Positions 1 through 13,300 of a stretch of DNA of 64,000 bases are shown here, piece by piece (positions within the stretch are counted from its first letter, which is position 1; each line of letters starts with the position of its first letter). Origin of the DNA: Gordius albopunctatus (lineage: Eukaryota); NCBI GenBank assembly GCA_964276515.1, contig OZ193909.1, forward strand, positions 17,422,001-17,486,000, in the 5' to 3' direction. The position numbers and the translations under genes are program-made. The notes beneath the pieces were generated by a model, which worked only from the letters and a program-made list of their open reading frames with translations, had not been told where the DNA came from and did no database searches.

Positions 1-156
1 TTTCTAATACAAAAACTTTCGCTTCAACAAAATCCGCCCAAAAATTTCGTATGACAGTTATCATTTAATCCAAGCAGAAATTTCGTTTTAAATTTTTACT
101 CCTTGAACGCATTACAAAAATTTGAAGTTAGTGTGACAAATTCCGGCCCTCCCGCA

Positions 157-3100
157 ATGTCAACCAAAATTAGTGACATTTCAATAATGCTTTTTATCCA
201 CATATTCCTCCTGATCATTATTCCCTGTTTCTCAATCCGTAAGTCTCGTTTTAATTCTCTATATTATTGCGCTATTTTTGCCATAAAAATTTATTATTAT
301 TAGTATATATATAATGTTGTAAAAATGGCTGAGTTTTGTTTAGTCGACCTTTGGATTTAGTCGACTAAACATAAATAGACGACCAAAGGTTGGATGGAGT
401 CTTTTTTTTCTTAGTGGACCTCTAGGCTTAGTTGAAATTTGAAAGATAGACCAGAGTGGACCGTTAGTCTTAGTTAAACCAAAGGTAGACCACACAAAAC
501 CCCAACCGCTTGTTACTCCAATACTAATATACAACACACATAAATATAATGTAACATATTTTTTATTGAGTTATTTACGACGGTTTTGAACGTTAAAATG
601 AGTTTAATTTTGATTGCAAATTTTTGAAGGAAAATTTTGTTTTTAGAAATAATAACACGTTTTTGGGCCTCATTCTTTTTAACCTACAAAGCCCCACATA
701 CGTGACTTTTGTGGCGGCATGAGAAAACAGCAGGGTTTTTAAAAATAAACCAAATTTATTATTTCCTATTTACACAGCATGCATAAATTGTCACACTTTT
801 TGCATTGAAAGTAAAAACTCAACTTTTAGTTGATATGAAGCCCACCTGAACGTTATTTTTTGACCCTTTTTTCAAAGCTGATCTAGCTTATGAAAGTTCA
901 TGGGAGTAGCTAGCATTATAACTAGAGGCGGGGGGAGGGGGGAATAATGATTTAATAAAAAAAAATTCCAATAGCTGTTTGTCACACGAAGGTGGTCAGC
1001 TTCCTTAGATATTTGGATAAGGGGTGATGCTCGGCTATCCAAGCCTGACAGCCGTGGTGACGATGTGATTTTTAATCTTTTTTGAAATAAGTGCCAGAGG
1101 CGGGATTGAACCTGCGAGCTCTTGTTTTAGAGACTAAACCTATGCCACCACGCCCCGGAATAATGATTTAATGAGGGACAAAATGACAATTTTTAGCAAT
1201 TTTAGCCATATTTCTAATAAATTTCAAAGGATTTTTGGATTTAGAGGGGGCAGTCGCCCCTCCGATCCTCCCTCTCGTTAGTTTTCCATTATGACAACCT
1301 CTTCATACATAAAATATTTTTTAAATTAAGGGTACGGGGGAACTAGTCTTATATGTTTATAATCCAGTTTTATGAGGAGAACTAGTGTTTTAAAAAGGCG
1401 GGGTTTTGTCAAATCGACCTTCAATTTTAGTGGACTAAACATAGTCTTATATCTACTTTTAGTCTACTATAACCACAAATCGACCTAACAGAACCCAGCC
1501 TATTTACAAGAACAATGTAATTAAACTACAAAAACTTAATTTTTTTACCAAACTTAGTGTGTGTGTGTGTTTCTCTTGTGTCGCCTTTTTGTAGATATGA
1601 CAAATGGCATTGTGTAGGTGGGATATAAATGTCACCATCATGAACCATGATAATTCAATTAAATGGCTGGGAGTGGCTCAATTAGTATTCTAAATGCGAA
1701 CGTTCTTCCATCCTAATTTTAGCAGGGCTAAAGGAAGAGCATTTAAATAGGGAAACTTTCATTCTTGGCCCTCCCGGGTAAATAAAACGCTGGCTGGCCT
1801 TGTATGGTCAGGTCCGATTTGTCACGTATGACAAAAATGAGTTGTAGTCAAATCTCTTAATTTACTACTTTTTTATTAATTTTTGTTTCTAATTTAATTT
1901 ATTTGGTTAGTGCGACAACATAACCCTTATAATATTTTAATTTTCTTAATAGTAAATGATTTTGCATTCTAAATTAAATATTTATAATTTATTTCAACTT
2001 ACAAAATATGATTCTTTTAAATCTATTTAAGCTGAAATATATATAAAACTCAGAGTTTATGTTTCAATTAGCATATTTAGATGATAAATTAAGGGTTGAA
2101 TATGACCCAGTTTCATATTATATAAATTAATGATATTAAAATTTATTTATAATGTTTGACATTTTTTCTATAGTTAAACGAGAAGAATATACTCAAAAGG
2201 GTTCACATTTTTGAGAAAAATAATTGATTATATTAGAAAATAAATAATACTAAAAACATTTTTTTGAAATTATAAATAAATTATATTTTATTTTCTATTA
2301 ATTATAACAAAGGTCGGGAATATAGGATTCAGAAAAAGACATTAACCAAAGATAACAACACTTACCCTATTAATACTCCGCCGTATGGAACTTTTAGGCA
2401 ACAAAAACAACATATGAAGTTAAAAAAAAATATCAATTGGAGACCTAGACATAACATATCATCCAATGTAAACCAATCTTACTCGTTCAATTTAATTCTA
2501 ATGTTTTTAATATAATTATAATTAAACATAATTATTTTTTTTATTTAAAATTTTATAATATAAATTTTGATTTTCTAACAATTTAAACGATATATATGCA
2601 TGTGAAGTCGCATTTTTTGTGGTTTTGATTTTAATGTATTTAAGTAATTTAGCCTCGATATTTAAGACATTTCTCTATAAAGTTGATAATTTTTATTTTT
2701 AGGGTTTTTAGGAAAAATCTCATTATATAAATTATGATTATTTTAAAATATATAATTTTAAAATTCAGAAATTTGAATGGCACAACGGTGTCAAATTAAT
2801 GATTTTGGATGAAAAAGACAAAGAAATTATATTGCAAACGCATAATTTGATTCGATCTTCGGTATTTCCTGCCGCTCAAGACATGATGGAAATCGTAAAA
2901 AACATAAAATTTTAATGTTGAAACAAAAAAATAATTAATTGAAAAATAATAAAATATTTAAAATATAATTATTAAACTTAAACTTAATTTTTATAAATAA
3001 AATCAATAATTTTGATATAATAGGAATGGGATTATGAAGCTCAAAGATTGGCAGAAAACTGGGCTAAATCTTGTTTATTAACTCACGATACTTTGGCCCA

Positions 3101-4750
3101 AAGAACACCTAAAGGTAAAATTTAAAGATAAAAATCTTATATTAATTCGACTTTTGAAATGATTTACATGGGCGTAGCTAGGGGGGGGGGCAGGGAAGAG
3201 CGGCTGCCCCCTCTAAATTAAAAAAATTTGTTAAAATTTATTAAAATTAGGGGTAAAATTTTAAAAAATGTTTATTTTGCCCCTCCCTTAATCATTATCG
3301 CTCCCCTCTAATTCCAATACTGAATACGCCCATGGTGATATATATTTGCAAATAGAATTTATTACCACAAAATTACTAAAACCAACTTCGAATACAAACT
3401 TTTATACTATTTTCATTAAATTTTTACATATTTTTTTGTATGATTTTAAACTAATTTTTTTTGCACTATTAGAATTCGAGAATTTGGGATGTGGTCAAAA
3501 TATAGCGCATACCTCACATTCGGGTGGATGGCAGGATTTAATACACGCTTGGGAACAAGAGAAATATGATTTTACTTATGGGGGCCCACAGCGTAGGCAT
3601 CCTAATCAGAGAAAAACACCTGTCGTAGGACATTACCTTCAAGTTAGTTTATAAAATTTTAATTTTTAACTAATAAAATAATTTTTTTTAAATGCAATTA
3701 CTTGTAAATTAACTAACATTCGAGAAAATAAGGTTTGAATATATATATATTATATATATAATTTGTCTAGCAATATAAATTTGCGATAAATAATTTTAAA
3801 AAAGAATTTAAAGTTAAGTTTTGACATTTTATAGCTAGTTTGGAGTACAACGCGTAAAGTTGGATGCGCTCTCGCTATTTGTCCATCACACCCTAAAAAT
3901 CTCTACTTTCACTGGGTTTGCAATTATTGTCCCAGGTAAACATTACATTTACTTTAAAAGTAAATTAAATATTTTGAAAATATTTATAGATTTAAAATTA
4001 TTTTTACAGAGGTTTTATAACGAATGAATTAGACTATCCTTACACCGCCGGGACTAAGACACAAAATTGTGGTAAATGCCTGAACGGTGGCCAATGCGTT
4101 ACCCGGGGCCCCTTTGCTGGAAAACTTTACAAAAGATGCGGTAATTACAGCGAATACATTCAATCAGTGGCCTAGCGAAGGCAGTGGTGTTTAATCCCTT
4201 TGGGGGATCATAGGCAGACCTAAGGTTAAGGTCGACCAAACAAATCCCAGCCCTTTTTACACCACTACCGAGGGCTCTGCCCATTTATAATATTGCTCAA
4301 TCTTATGTAAATTGTCAATAGATTATTTGTCAAGTATTTGGTTTTAAGGCAGGCAGAAATTCATAGATTTTAAGACAAAACAATTTTGCCATTATTTGCA
4401 ATTCAATTAAAGGTCGGGTGAGAAGAGACGAGACGATTATGGGTCTTAATAGGTTAATATAACTATTTTTATCCTATTTTTATCTTTTTATATATTAAAG
4501 GGAGATATTATAGAGACCGGGTTTCACATAGTTTGATTAGGGCATCACCATTTCAAAGATTTCGTTAGGTTTTTAATATTTATTGCTTTATATAAATACC
4601 AATTTATATGTACTTTTAGAGAGCATGTGTCAAAACAATTACGAACATTGCAACAGGTACAGAACAGGATGCTTGGCCGGAATTCGATATGGTAGGTATG
4701 TAGTTAAAAATTGTCCTCGTCAATGCCATCTAGGATGTCGTGATTTGTAA
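157..4750 (+). CDS. Secreted CAP/SCP-family (CRISP-like) protein: signal peptide, N-terminal extension, CAP domain, Cys-rich hinge, C-terminal ShKT-like domain; about 9 exons
   Basis: Phase-compatible GT-AG exons: 157-238 (MSTKISDISIMLFIHIFLLIIIPCFSI, donor GTAAGT), 2173-2200, 2312-2467, 2769-2894 (HNLIRSSVFPAAQDMMEI), 3024-3114 (WDYEAQRLAENWAKSC), 3473-3642 (CGQNIA...W...GHYLQ), 3835-3935 (LVWSTTRKVGCA...WVCNYCP), 4010-4140, 4620-4750 (CQNNYEHCNRYRTGC...VKNCPRQCHLGC*). CAP motifs are clear. The first three exons are less certain. Confidence 0.88.
957..1156 (-). mobile_element. tRNA-derived SINE-like insertion with 16-bp target-site duplication
   Basis: GGAATAATGATTTAAT is duplicated at 941-956 and 1157-1172. 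The minus strand starts GGGGCGTGGTGGCATAGG (A-box-like), has the B-box GGTTCAATCCC and ends in a T-run. It sits inside a G/C-run MITE (about 899-1280). Confidence 0.75.
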
Positions 4751-5690
4751 GTCACACTACCTATTATATCATCATATTTATGAATGATAAAATATGTAAA
4801 CGCAATAAAACATCGTTTAGCTATCAAACGAAGCCTATAACCTACAAAATCCATTAACGTGACTTTGGACCAGTTTCGAATATCAAACCTCGAGAACGAT
4901 TGCCAAAATCATAGGCAACTACAGTTATTAGTCGAATAAAGTGCATTTAGTACATTTAAGAAATGTGATTGTGCTACCCTGTATGAATGCTTACACCATC
5001 TACCTGCTGTATCTATACTTTCTGACTACTATTTATTTAATGACATTTATGATATATACGTTATTTTTATATTTAAAATGAAAAATAGATTGTGCTATTT
5101 ATACCGGAGTTATAGAAATAAAAAATATTTATTCAAATACATTTTGAGTATCTACAATCATAATTACGACAACGACGTAAGAGACAACATAGACAAATAC
5201 AAATACTGCAAGATAAATGTAGCTGTATCGAACTCGCACGGCTTTAATAATCTTTAACGCATGTGTCTTTGAGCAAATATCACTAATTTTAGAGATATTA
5301 ATTTATATTAAAAATTCTAAAGTTTCTATGAATTTAAATAGCGCTTAATTTATCATAAAACACATTAAATTATTAATTAATTAATTCTATATTTGTGTAA
5401 TTATTTAATATATAGAATTCAGAAAAAATGTAATTACAGTATATTAAATATAAATACTCCCAATCCAATAGAAGTAATAAAATATGCATGATATAAAGTA
5501 AACAATTTGGAGCCTTGTTTAACAAGTGTTAATAATTTTAATAGCAATATTTATAGTCCCTAATTAGATTATTGTCAACCTTGATAATAATTTATTATCC
5601 AAAGAGAGAACATTTTATTTTAATTATAATACATATTTTCTGAAGATGAAAATAAAAAATGTCAAAAATTACAAATATTTGGAAAACATT

Positions 5691-5857
5691 TGTAGGATAT
5701 AAAATACGAGCTGACAAGATATGATGTAACTTCTATATTCCTTGTGCCACGCGTTGTATCGAAATGCCGTTTTTACCGATTTATTATTACTTTCTTTTTT
5801 TCCGCTTACATATCGCAATAACAACATATCGCAATCATATCAGAATTGAATATTATA
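5691..5857 (+). repeat. 5' LTR of gypsy element 1
   Basis: Matches 9978-10125 with several substitutions and a short internal duplication (ACATATCGCAAT twice). Confidence 0.9.
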
Positions 5858-8800
5858 TCAATCATAATGACTAAAACAAATAAAGCATCCCAAAGTGGTG
5901 AAACCGACGTGATGGAGCAATTTTAGAAACTTCCCGATTTCGACGCTGATAATTCCAGAGCTTGGTTCGCAAAGATAGAAACATTATTTCGTTTACGCAA
6001 AGTAAGCATACTTCAAATAAGTTGCCCCTGCTACTCGAGGCATTACCTCAAAACGTTTGTACAGAAGTACAAGATCTTTTCGAGGAGATTACCAAAGACG
6101 ATGCCTTCGAACGTATCCACTAGCAATAATTTGTCGTACTTCAAACTCTGACCAGCAGCAATTAAATCTTTTAAATAATCTGGAATTAGGAGACCGTTCA
6201 TCATCACATCTACCGCAACAGATGAAACAACTGATTCGAAATTATACCATAGACGATGAGATTTTAAAGCGAAAGTGGCTTAATAAATTGCCTAGTAATT
6301 TTACCAACATTCTCGCAGTTTTCGCTACTGAGCAATTGTACGTCAAAATTAGCTGAAACGGCCGATGGGATCGCCGAGGCAAATCAAGGCAACACCATGA
6401 GATTTCTAGTCTAAAAGAGATGGTGGAAAAATTATCACTGGAATTCCAGAAACTAACGGCGAATTCTGCCAGGTCCCCTATTTGGCAGCTGCTCCCCCCC
6501 TATAACTCACGTTGCTCTCTGGCCCCTAACGATAATAACGCCAGCGACGTGTGCTGGTACCACAAAAATTTTAAAAGCAACGCAAAAAAAGTACCCCTTC
6601 CAGTTCATTCACGTCCCGTTTTTTGACAAACGCCTAGACCAGCCGGGAAAGGCGACGCCCGAGCTCGGTCATATTCACTGCAGTCGCCTATTTTACATCA
6701 TCGACAAACTTTTCAGGCACCGTTGGCTCGCCGATACCGGCGCGGACATCAGCGTCCTTCCACCTAAATCAAATCAACGTTCCCTACCTGCCCTATTTAA
6801 ATTACAAGCTGCCAACAACAGCTGTATCAAAACCTACGGTCAAATTCCTTTATCACTTGATCTCGGTTTGCAAAAAACATTCAGATGGATATTTACGATC
6901 GCAGACGTTAGAACAGCCATTTTAGGGGCGGATTTCCTCGATTTCTTCAATATCACAGTAGATTTAAGACAAACAGCGACAATATCAAATGGTGTACCCA
7001 CCTCAACAACATCTTTAAAAATTCAGTCTTGCTCCCAACCGTCAGAGAATGAATTCGCAAGTTTATTAAAGGAATTCCCTGAAATTTATACCCCCCCCCT
7101 AATTACAAGGTTAACGTAAAGCATCACGTCGTCCATCACATAAACACCCAAGGCTCACCTGCTTACGCCAAGCCTAGGCGCCTAGACCCCGTTATTGAAA
7201 ATAGCTAAACAAGAATTTACGCATATGCTGGAATTGGGTATAATCCAACCTTCGGACAGTTCCTGGGCATCCCCTGTGCATATGGTCCCAAAAAAAGTAC
7301 CCGGAGATTGGCAACCATGCGGTGATTACAGAGTCCTTAACACTCAAACTGTACCAGATCGATACCCTCTCCCACACCTCCACGACTTTTCACTCAACCT
7401 GGCCGGCACAACAATCTACAGCAAGATAGATCTCGTTCGAGCCTACCACCGAATTCCCGTTGCGTCCGAAGACATCAAAAAGACAGCAATTACCACACCC
7501 TTCGGGCTATTTGAATATTCACGTATGCCTTTTGGGCTGCGCAACTCCGCCCAAACCTTCCAACGCTTCATCGACCAAGCCTTTCGAGGCCTGAACTTTA
7601 CATTTGCCTATCTAGATGATATCTTATGCAAGCTCATCAACCACCCAACACTTAGAGCATCTCCGTCAAGTGTTCCAACGCCTACGTAAGCTCGATCTCA
7701 AGATTAACGTAAGCTAATGCGAATGGGGGCAACCTGCAATTAATTTCCTTGGCCACCATGTATCGCCACAAGGTCCAACCCCGGTACCAGAACAAGAATT
7801 TCGCCACCCCGTGCACTATGACACAACTACGTCGTTTCGTGGGAATGTTAAATTTTTACAGGCGTTTTATACCCAACTGTGCACTCCTTTTGCAACCACT
7901 GACGGATATGCTCAATGACTCAAAAGGACCCCTCGTTTTAACGCAAGACGCACATGATGCGTGCAACAAGACTAAGGAAGCGCTTGATGAGGTCACAACC
8001 CTGAATCACCTAGTAGAAAGCGCCACTCTCTCATTAACAACCGACGCGCCAAACACCGCCGTCGGCGCCGCCCTAAACCAAACAATAAATGGAGAAAGTA
8101 GTCCCCTGTCATTTTTTTCGCTGAAATTAAATAAGGCCTAGAGGCGCTACAGCACATTTCGTAGGGAATTACTTGCTATTTACCTCTATATAAAACATTA
8201 TCGACATGTTTTAGAAGGGTGAGACTTCACAGTTTACACAGATTACAAGCCTCTGACCTGTGCTTTAACTAGTAAATCGGACAAATACTCACCACGGGAA
8301 ATACGACTGCTAGATTACATAACACAATTTACATCCGATATTCAGTTCATCAAAGGGAAGACTAATACTGTGGCAGACGCTCTTTCGCGAACAGGGATAG
8401 ACTCCATACAACTTACAAATACCACAATAACGGAAAGGATAGCTATGTCACAAGAGCGGGAACAATGCACTACTGAAGAGCTTGGATCCCTTAAATTGGA
8501 GCAATGTTCAATTCCAGGTACGAGTTTAATAACCCTTACCTGCGATACATCCACCACAATTCCGAGACCCTTAGTACCTAAGAGCCTACGACGCGAATTT
8601 TTTGAGCACCTACATTGTCTGTCGCATCCAGCCTCCCGGTCAACATTAAAACTGATTTCCAAACGTTTCGTCTGGCCTGGAATAAATAAAGAGGTACAAG
8701 ATTGGACAAAAAAATGCGTCCCATGGCAAAAATGCAAGGTTAATAGACACACCATCACAGTCCCAGCCACTTTCGCGGAACCGGACGCACTATCACGTGG

Positions 8801-9070
8801 ACCTCGTGGGCCCATTACCGCCTTCTAATGGACACATCTACATTTTCACCGCAGTCGATCGTTTTACCAGGTGGCCCATGGCAACCCCAGTTAAGGATGC
8901 ATCAGCTGAAACTGTAGTCCGAACATTTTTGATGCATTGGATAGCTAACTACGGAGTACCCACTACTACATTAACCACAGACCGAGGGCCCCAATTCCAA
9001 TCTGCCCTATTTAAACACTTATCTGTTTTATTAGGTTACCATCATATAACCACTACAGCTTACCATCCAC

Positions 9071-9272
9071 TAGAGTTATTAAATTGCTAACTTTCTTCAA
9101 CTCCAGCTACCATCTGCTCGAATTTCTGCTCGTCCCTCGAGCATTTTTTTATGCTAATGCTCTGCCTAGGGCACCAAAAGCGAGCACATATTGTGCTAAC
9201 GCGCATATTAAGCAACTCAGTGTGCGTGCTCGCGTCTGGAGTTTGAAGAAAGTTAGCAATTTAACAACTCTA
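9071..9272. mobile_element. hAT-type MITE (202 bp) inserted in the integrase of gypsy element 1
   Basis: TIRs of about 36 bp (TAGAGTTATTAAATTGCTAACTTTCTTCAA.../...TTGAAGAAAGTTAGCAATTTAACAACTCTA) and a perfect 8-bp TSD CCATCCAC (9063-9070, 9273-9280). It splits TTAYHP|QANGMVER. Confidence 0.93.
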
Positions 9273-9977
9273 CCATCCACAAGCCAATGGTATGGTAGAG
9301 CGATTCCATCGATAGCTAAAATGTTTGATTACCGCCAAAGGAGACACTACCAATTGGTCTGATCGAATTCCCCTTGTACTCCTAGGTATCCGATGCACCG
9401 TCAAGGAAGACTTATCCTGTTCGAGCGCTGAGCTGGTATACGGTACCTCTTTGAGACTGTCAGGAGATTTTTTGCAACCTTCAAAGGGCGACATAAATGT
9501 CGCGGATTACATCCAACGACTTTGAAAGCAGTTTGATCACGTTCGTTTCACACCCACCAGACCATCAAATATCAAACAACAGATTACCAACAAATTAGTG
9601 ACAGACACTCACGTGTTTGTAAGAGTTGACCGGCTTCAGAAATCTTTAGTCCCTCCGTACGAAGGCCCTTACAAGGTGATCGAAAGGCATTCTAAATATT
9701 TTGTCATAGACCACAATGGAAAAAAGACACCGTATCAATTTATCGCTTAAAGCCAGCCTTCCTTGAACCGAGATCCGATTTCCCCAAATCCATGTCCCTC
9801 CCCTCCAAGCCAACCATACAACCCGCTGTGTTCACTCCTCCCAAAGCAAACAATTCTTCATCTCCACCAACCAAAATCACTCCTACACCAATTACCACCA
9901 AGTTCGGCCGTTATGTCCATTGGCCCAAGAAGTTTTGCAATTTTATGTAACGCTCCACGTCTACGAAGGGGACTATT

Positions 9978-10125
9978 TGTAGGATATAAAATAGGAGTTG
10001 ACAAGATATGATGTAGCTTCTATATTCCTTGTGTCACGCGTTGCATCGAAATGCCATTTTTACCGATTTATTATTACTTTCTTTTTCGCTTACATATCGC
10101 AATCGTATCACAATTGAATATTATA
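9978..10125 (+). repeat. 3' LTR of gypsy element 1
   Basis: Matches 5691-5857 and is preceded by a polypurine tract. Confidence 0.9.
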
Positions 10126-10397
10126 CGTTTTCTTTTTCGCTCTTCATAATCAAATCTTCGTCCATGCTCTTTTCTAAACCTTTCAATGTATTCGTTTTGA
10201 GGCTAAAAAATCATAGAATTATAAATTTTTAATATTTACCATTAGCACATGAAACGAATAAGGGTCTTACGACAAAAAACAAAATTTTACAAAAATGTCA
10301 TAACAATCCTATATAATGTGAAAGGTAATGAAAATGGCAAAACAAATGTTTAATGTGATTTATGACTTCAGAGGTTTACCATCAGTTCTGACTTAAC

Positions 10398-13300
10398 TAG
10401 TGATGCGGAAAAACCGAGAAAAATCTCGGTCTTGGAAAAATGGAGTCGAGATCGAGACGAGAGCTTTGTTTTCGAGACGATACCAGATTTTTTCGGCGGG
10501 ATCTCGACTTTTTATTGATCGTTAGATTTTAGTAAATTATTCTGTGTTTTTATTTGCATGATTTACATTTAAGGTATTAAGTGTAAATCAATATATAATG
10601 GAATATATTTGATATTAAAAAAATTGCGAAGTGTTGCAAATATTATACCTTTTTGCAAACAATTACAATTTGGCAATTATTACCTAAGTATGGTTGACTT
10701 TTAGGGTATGTGAATAATTGTATAATATATTTATCACATATTTATATCCATAGCATTATAAAATATTACAAAAGTTTAGCCTTAGAATGAGTTCTGATAG
10801 AAAAGTAAATATTACTAAAGCATATTTGAATTTCTCAGTTACTCAACCTGCATGATGCGGTAATTATAAATTTGAACCTTAATAAGACATTAAGTGAATA
10901 AATTTAGTGAGAGGGGAGGAATATAATTTATTACACGATAAAAGGAACAATGATACGAAACGTTTATATAGCAATAGATAACGATAACATTCAAATGAAA
11001 GTTGATTCTGTGTGTGTATTCTTTCTATTTTCACCTTGTACGTATTATAACCAAATCTCTCGTCAAAAATGCCAGGTGAAGTAATTGTGTGTTTGTTCAC
11101 TTTAGACTTTTGACATTTTATGCATTCTTTTGTCCAATTCCGAATATCTTCATTCATCGAGGGCCACACAAAGCTGCGAGTAATTAGTCTTTGAGTTGCT
11201 CGAATCCCGGGATGTGAAAGAGAGTGAAAGTGATCGAATAAATACTTTCTTAGTTTTGTTGGTATAAGTGGTCGAGGTGAACCTGTCTATATGTCGCAAA
11301 GAATGTCTTCTTGACAACCAGGGCTTTTTAATTTTACGAGATGTAAAGATTTTGTGTTGAGCAATAACTCAGTATCATTCATTTGGTTCAAAACTATTTG
11401 ACTCTCATTAGGAAAAATAGATAAAGTTAAAGAAGTTATGTCTGGTCGAGATAATGTGTCCGCTGTAATATTACTATTACCTTTTATAAAGCGAATGTCA
11501 GTGCTGAATTGAGAGAAATAATCTAAATGTCGGATTTCTCTGGGTGAATAACGATCAATTTTGCCTGGAAAGCATAAATTAAAGGTTTAGGATCCGTAAT
11601 CCCTCTAGTATGTGTTTGAAATGTTTAATCGCCAGAAACATAGTTAGTAATTCTCGACCAAACGTACTATAGCGTGTTTGAGCTGCTGATAATTTTTGAA
11701 AAAAAGGCTAATGGTTCTTGTTTGTTATTGCTTACCTGATGCAAAACTCCCCCAACTGCTATGTGTTAACCAACTGTTTGATTTCAAAAACCCTAAATTG
11801 GTTTCTTTAATTATACTTTGTTTTAAGAGATTAAATGAATTCATTTCTGCCTCCGTTATTTTAATATCTTTCTCATCATTGTTTAATAAGTCGGTAAGTG
11901 GTTTCGAAATTGAAGCACAATTTGGTATAAAACGTCATAAAAATTCACCATACCTAAAAAACGTTACAAACTCTTCATTTTTGGAAAATCCCTAATTGCA
12001 TCAATTTTGTTTGACAAGAGGCGTATGCCATTTTGATCGACATGATGACCGAGAAAGTTTGATGATTTTACTCCCAAAAAACATTTTGATAGATTTATAC
12101 GAATCCCGTATGTTTGTAATCTTTTAAAAACTGTTGATAGGTGTAATTTGTGTTCATGTTCTGTGGAACTGGTGATAAGTATATCATCGATGTAAGCATA
12201 CACAAAATCCAAACCATTAAAAATGTCATCTATGAGGCGCTGAAATGTTTGTGCTGCGTTCCGCACTCCGAACGGCATTCTTACAAATTCAAAAAGCCCA
12301 AAAGGTGTTGTGATTGCGGTCTTCGGGATGTCCTCTGGTGCCATCGGAATTTCATGGTAAGCGGTCTTTTTGCGTAATTAAGCATTCTAAAATCTCCACA
12401 TGGACGCCATGTCCATGGGGTCTCTTTTGGTACCATGTGTAAGGGGGATGACCATTTACTATGTGAGAGTCTTATTATGCCTAATCTACTCATCTCTTAA
12501 AATTATTTTTTTGCTATTTTAAATTTTTCGGGGTTTAAACGTCGTGGAGAACAATGTATCGCTGGTCCTTTTGTTATTATATGGTGTTGGGTATTATGTT
12601 TCATTTTGTTATTAAAATCTGGTGTCTTTGTAATATCAGGAAATTGTTTTAATATAGAGTAAAAATCCTTATCCTGTGGAATTGGGCTGTTTATAGATGA
12701 CATTGCGGAGTTGGTTATATTCGATAATTTTAGAGAATAATTTTGTGGATTAACTATGCGTTTATTTTTAATATCAATTATTAAACCAAAGTGTGGGTCT
12801 GGGTAGAGCAGATAAAACTTCTGTTAGTTCTTTAGGTTATGCATCAGTGGAGTGTTTTTTTGAGTTATGAATGTTATTAACATAATTAGTTTTTTGGCCA
12901 GCACGATGCGGTCGACTGTTTCAGCCAATTTCTCCAGTGCAGTATCTTCAGTAAACGAGACTAATATGGGAATGAGTTCACAAGGCAATTTGTTGAGCCA
13001 GAGTTCCTTTAGAATCTTTTGGTCTAGAACGTATGTTCCCACTAAACTCTTCATGTATCGTAAAAGCTGCGATGGGGATCTATCCCCTAAATCCACTGCC
13101 GTTAGAAATTCCATCAATCTTAATTCATCTGATTCGCCGACCCTCTTGATAAGTACTTGTTTGAGTTTCTGAAATGGTTGATCAGGTGGGATATTAATGA
13201 TTAAAACCTCCACCTCTTCAGCGATTTCGGGTGGTAACGTTTTAAGAATGTAACCAAATTTTTATTTTTCGGAGGTAATTCTTCTTGCCTGGAATTTGGC

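Larger units (their letters stand above)
5691..10125 (+). mobile_element. Decayed Ty3/gypsy LTR retrotransposon (gag-PR-RT-RH-IN with stops and frameshifts)
   Basis: Direct repeats 5691-5857 and 9978-10125 (TGTAGG...ATTATA), a purine tract GAAGGGGA before the 3' LTR and an imperfect TSD CATT/CGTT. Fragments: LPDFDADNSRAWF (gag), DTGADIS (PR), [11 protein letters not shown]...YLDDI (RT), ADALSR (RH), H-H-C(C) zinc finger and DLVGPLP/TTDRG (IN). No PBS is visible after the 5' LTR. Confidence 0.95.

Noticed and set aside
1090..1156. Possible tRNA gene
   Set aside because: No complete cloverleaf, and it is flanked by a TSD with a non-tRNA body, so it is a SINE head.
8342..8815. Antisense or alternate-frame ORFs over retroelement and gene exons (also 12867-13172, 23349-23633, 40118-40426, 60493-60861, 60554-60880, 60897-61241)
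   Set aside because: They are shadow frames of the real coding sequences and carry no independent signal.
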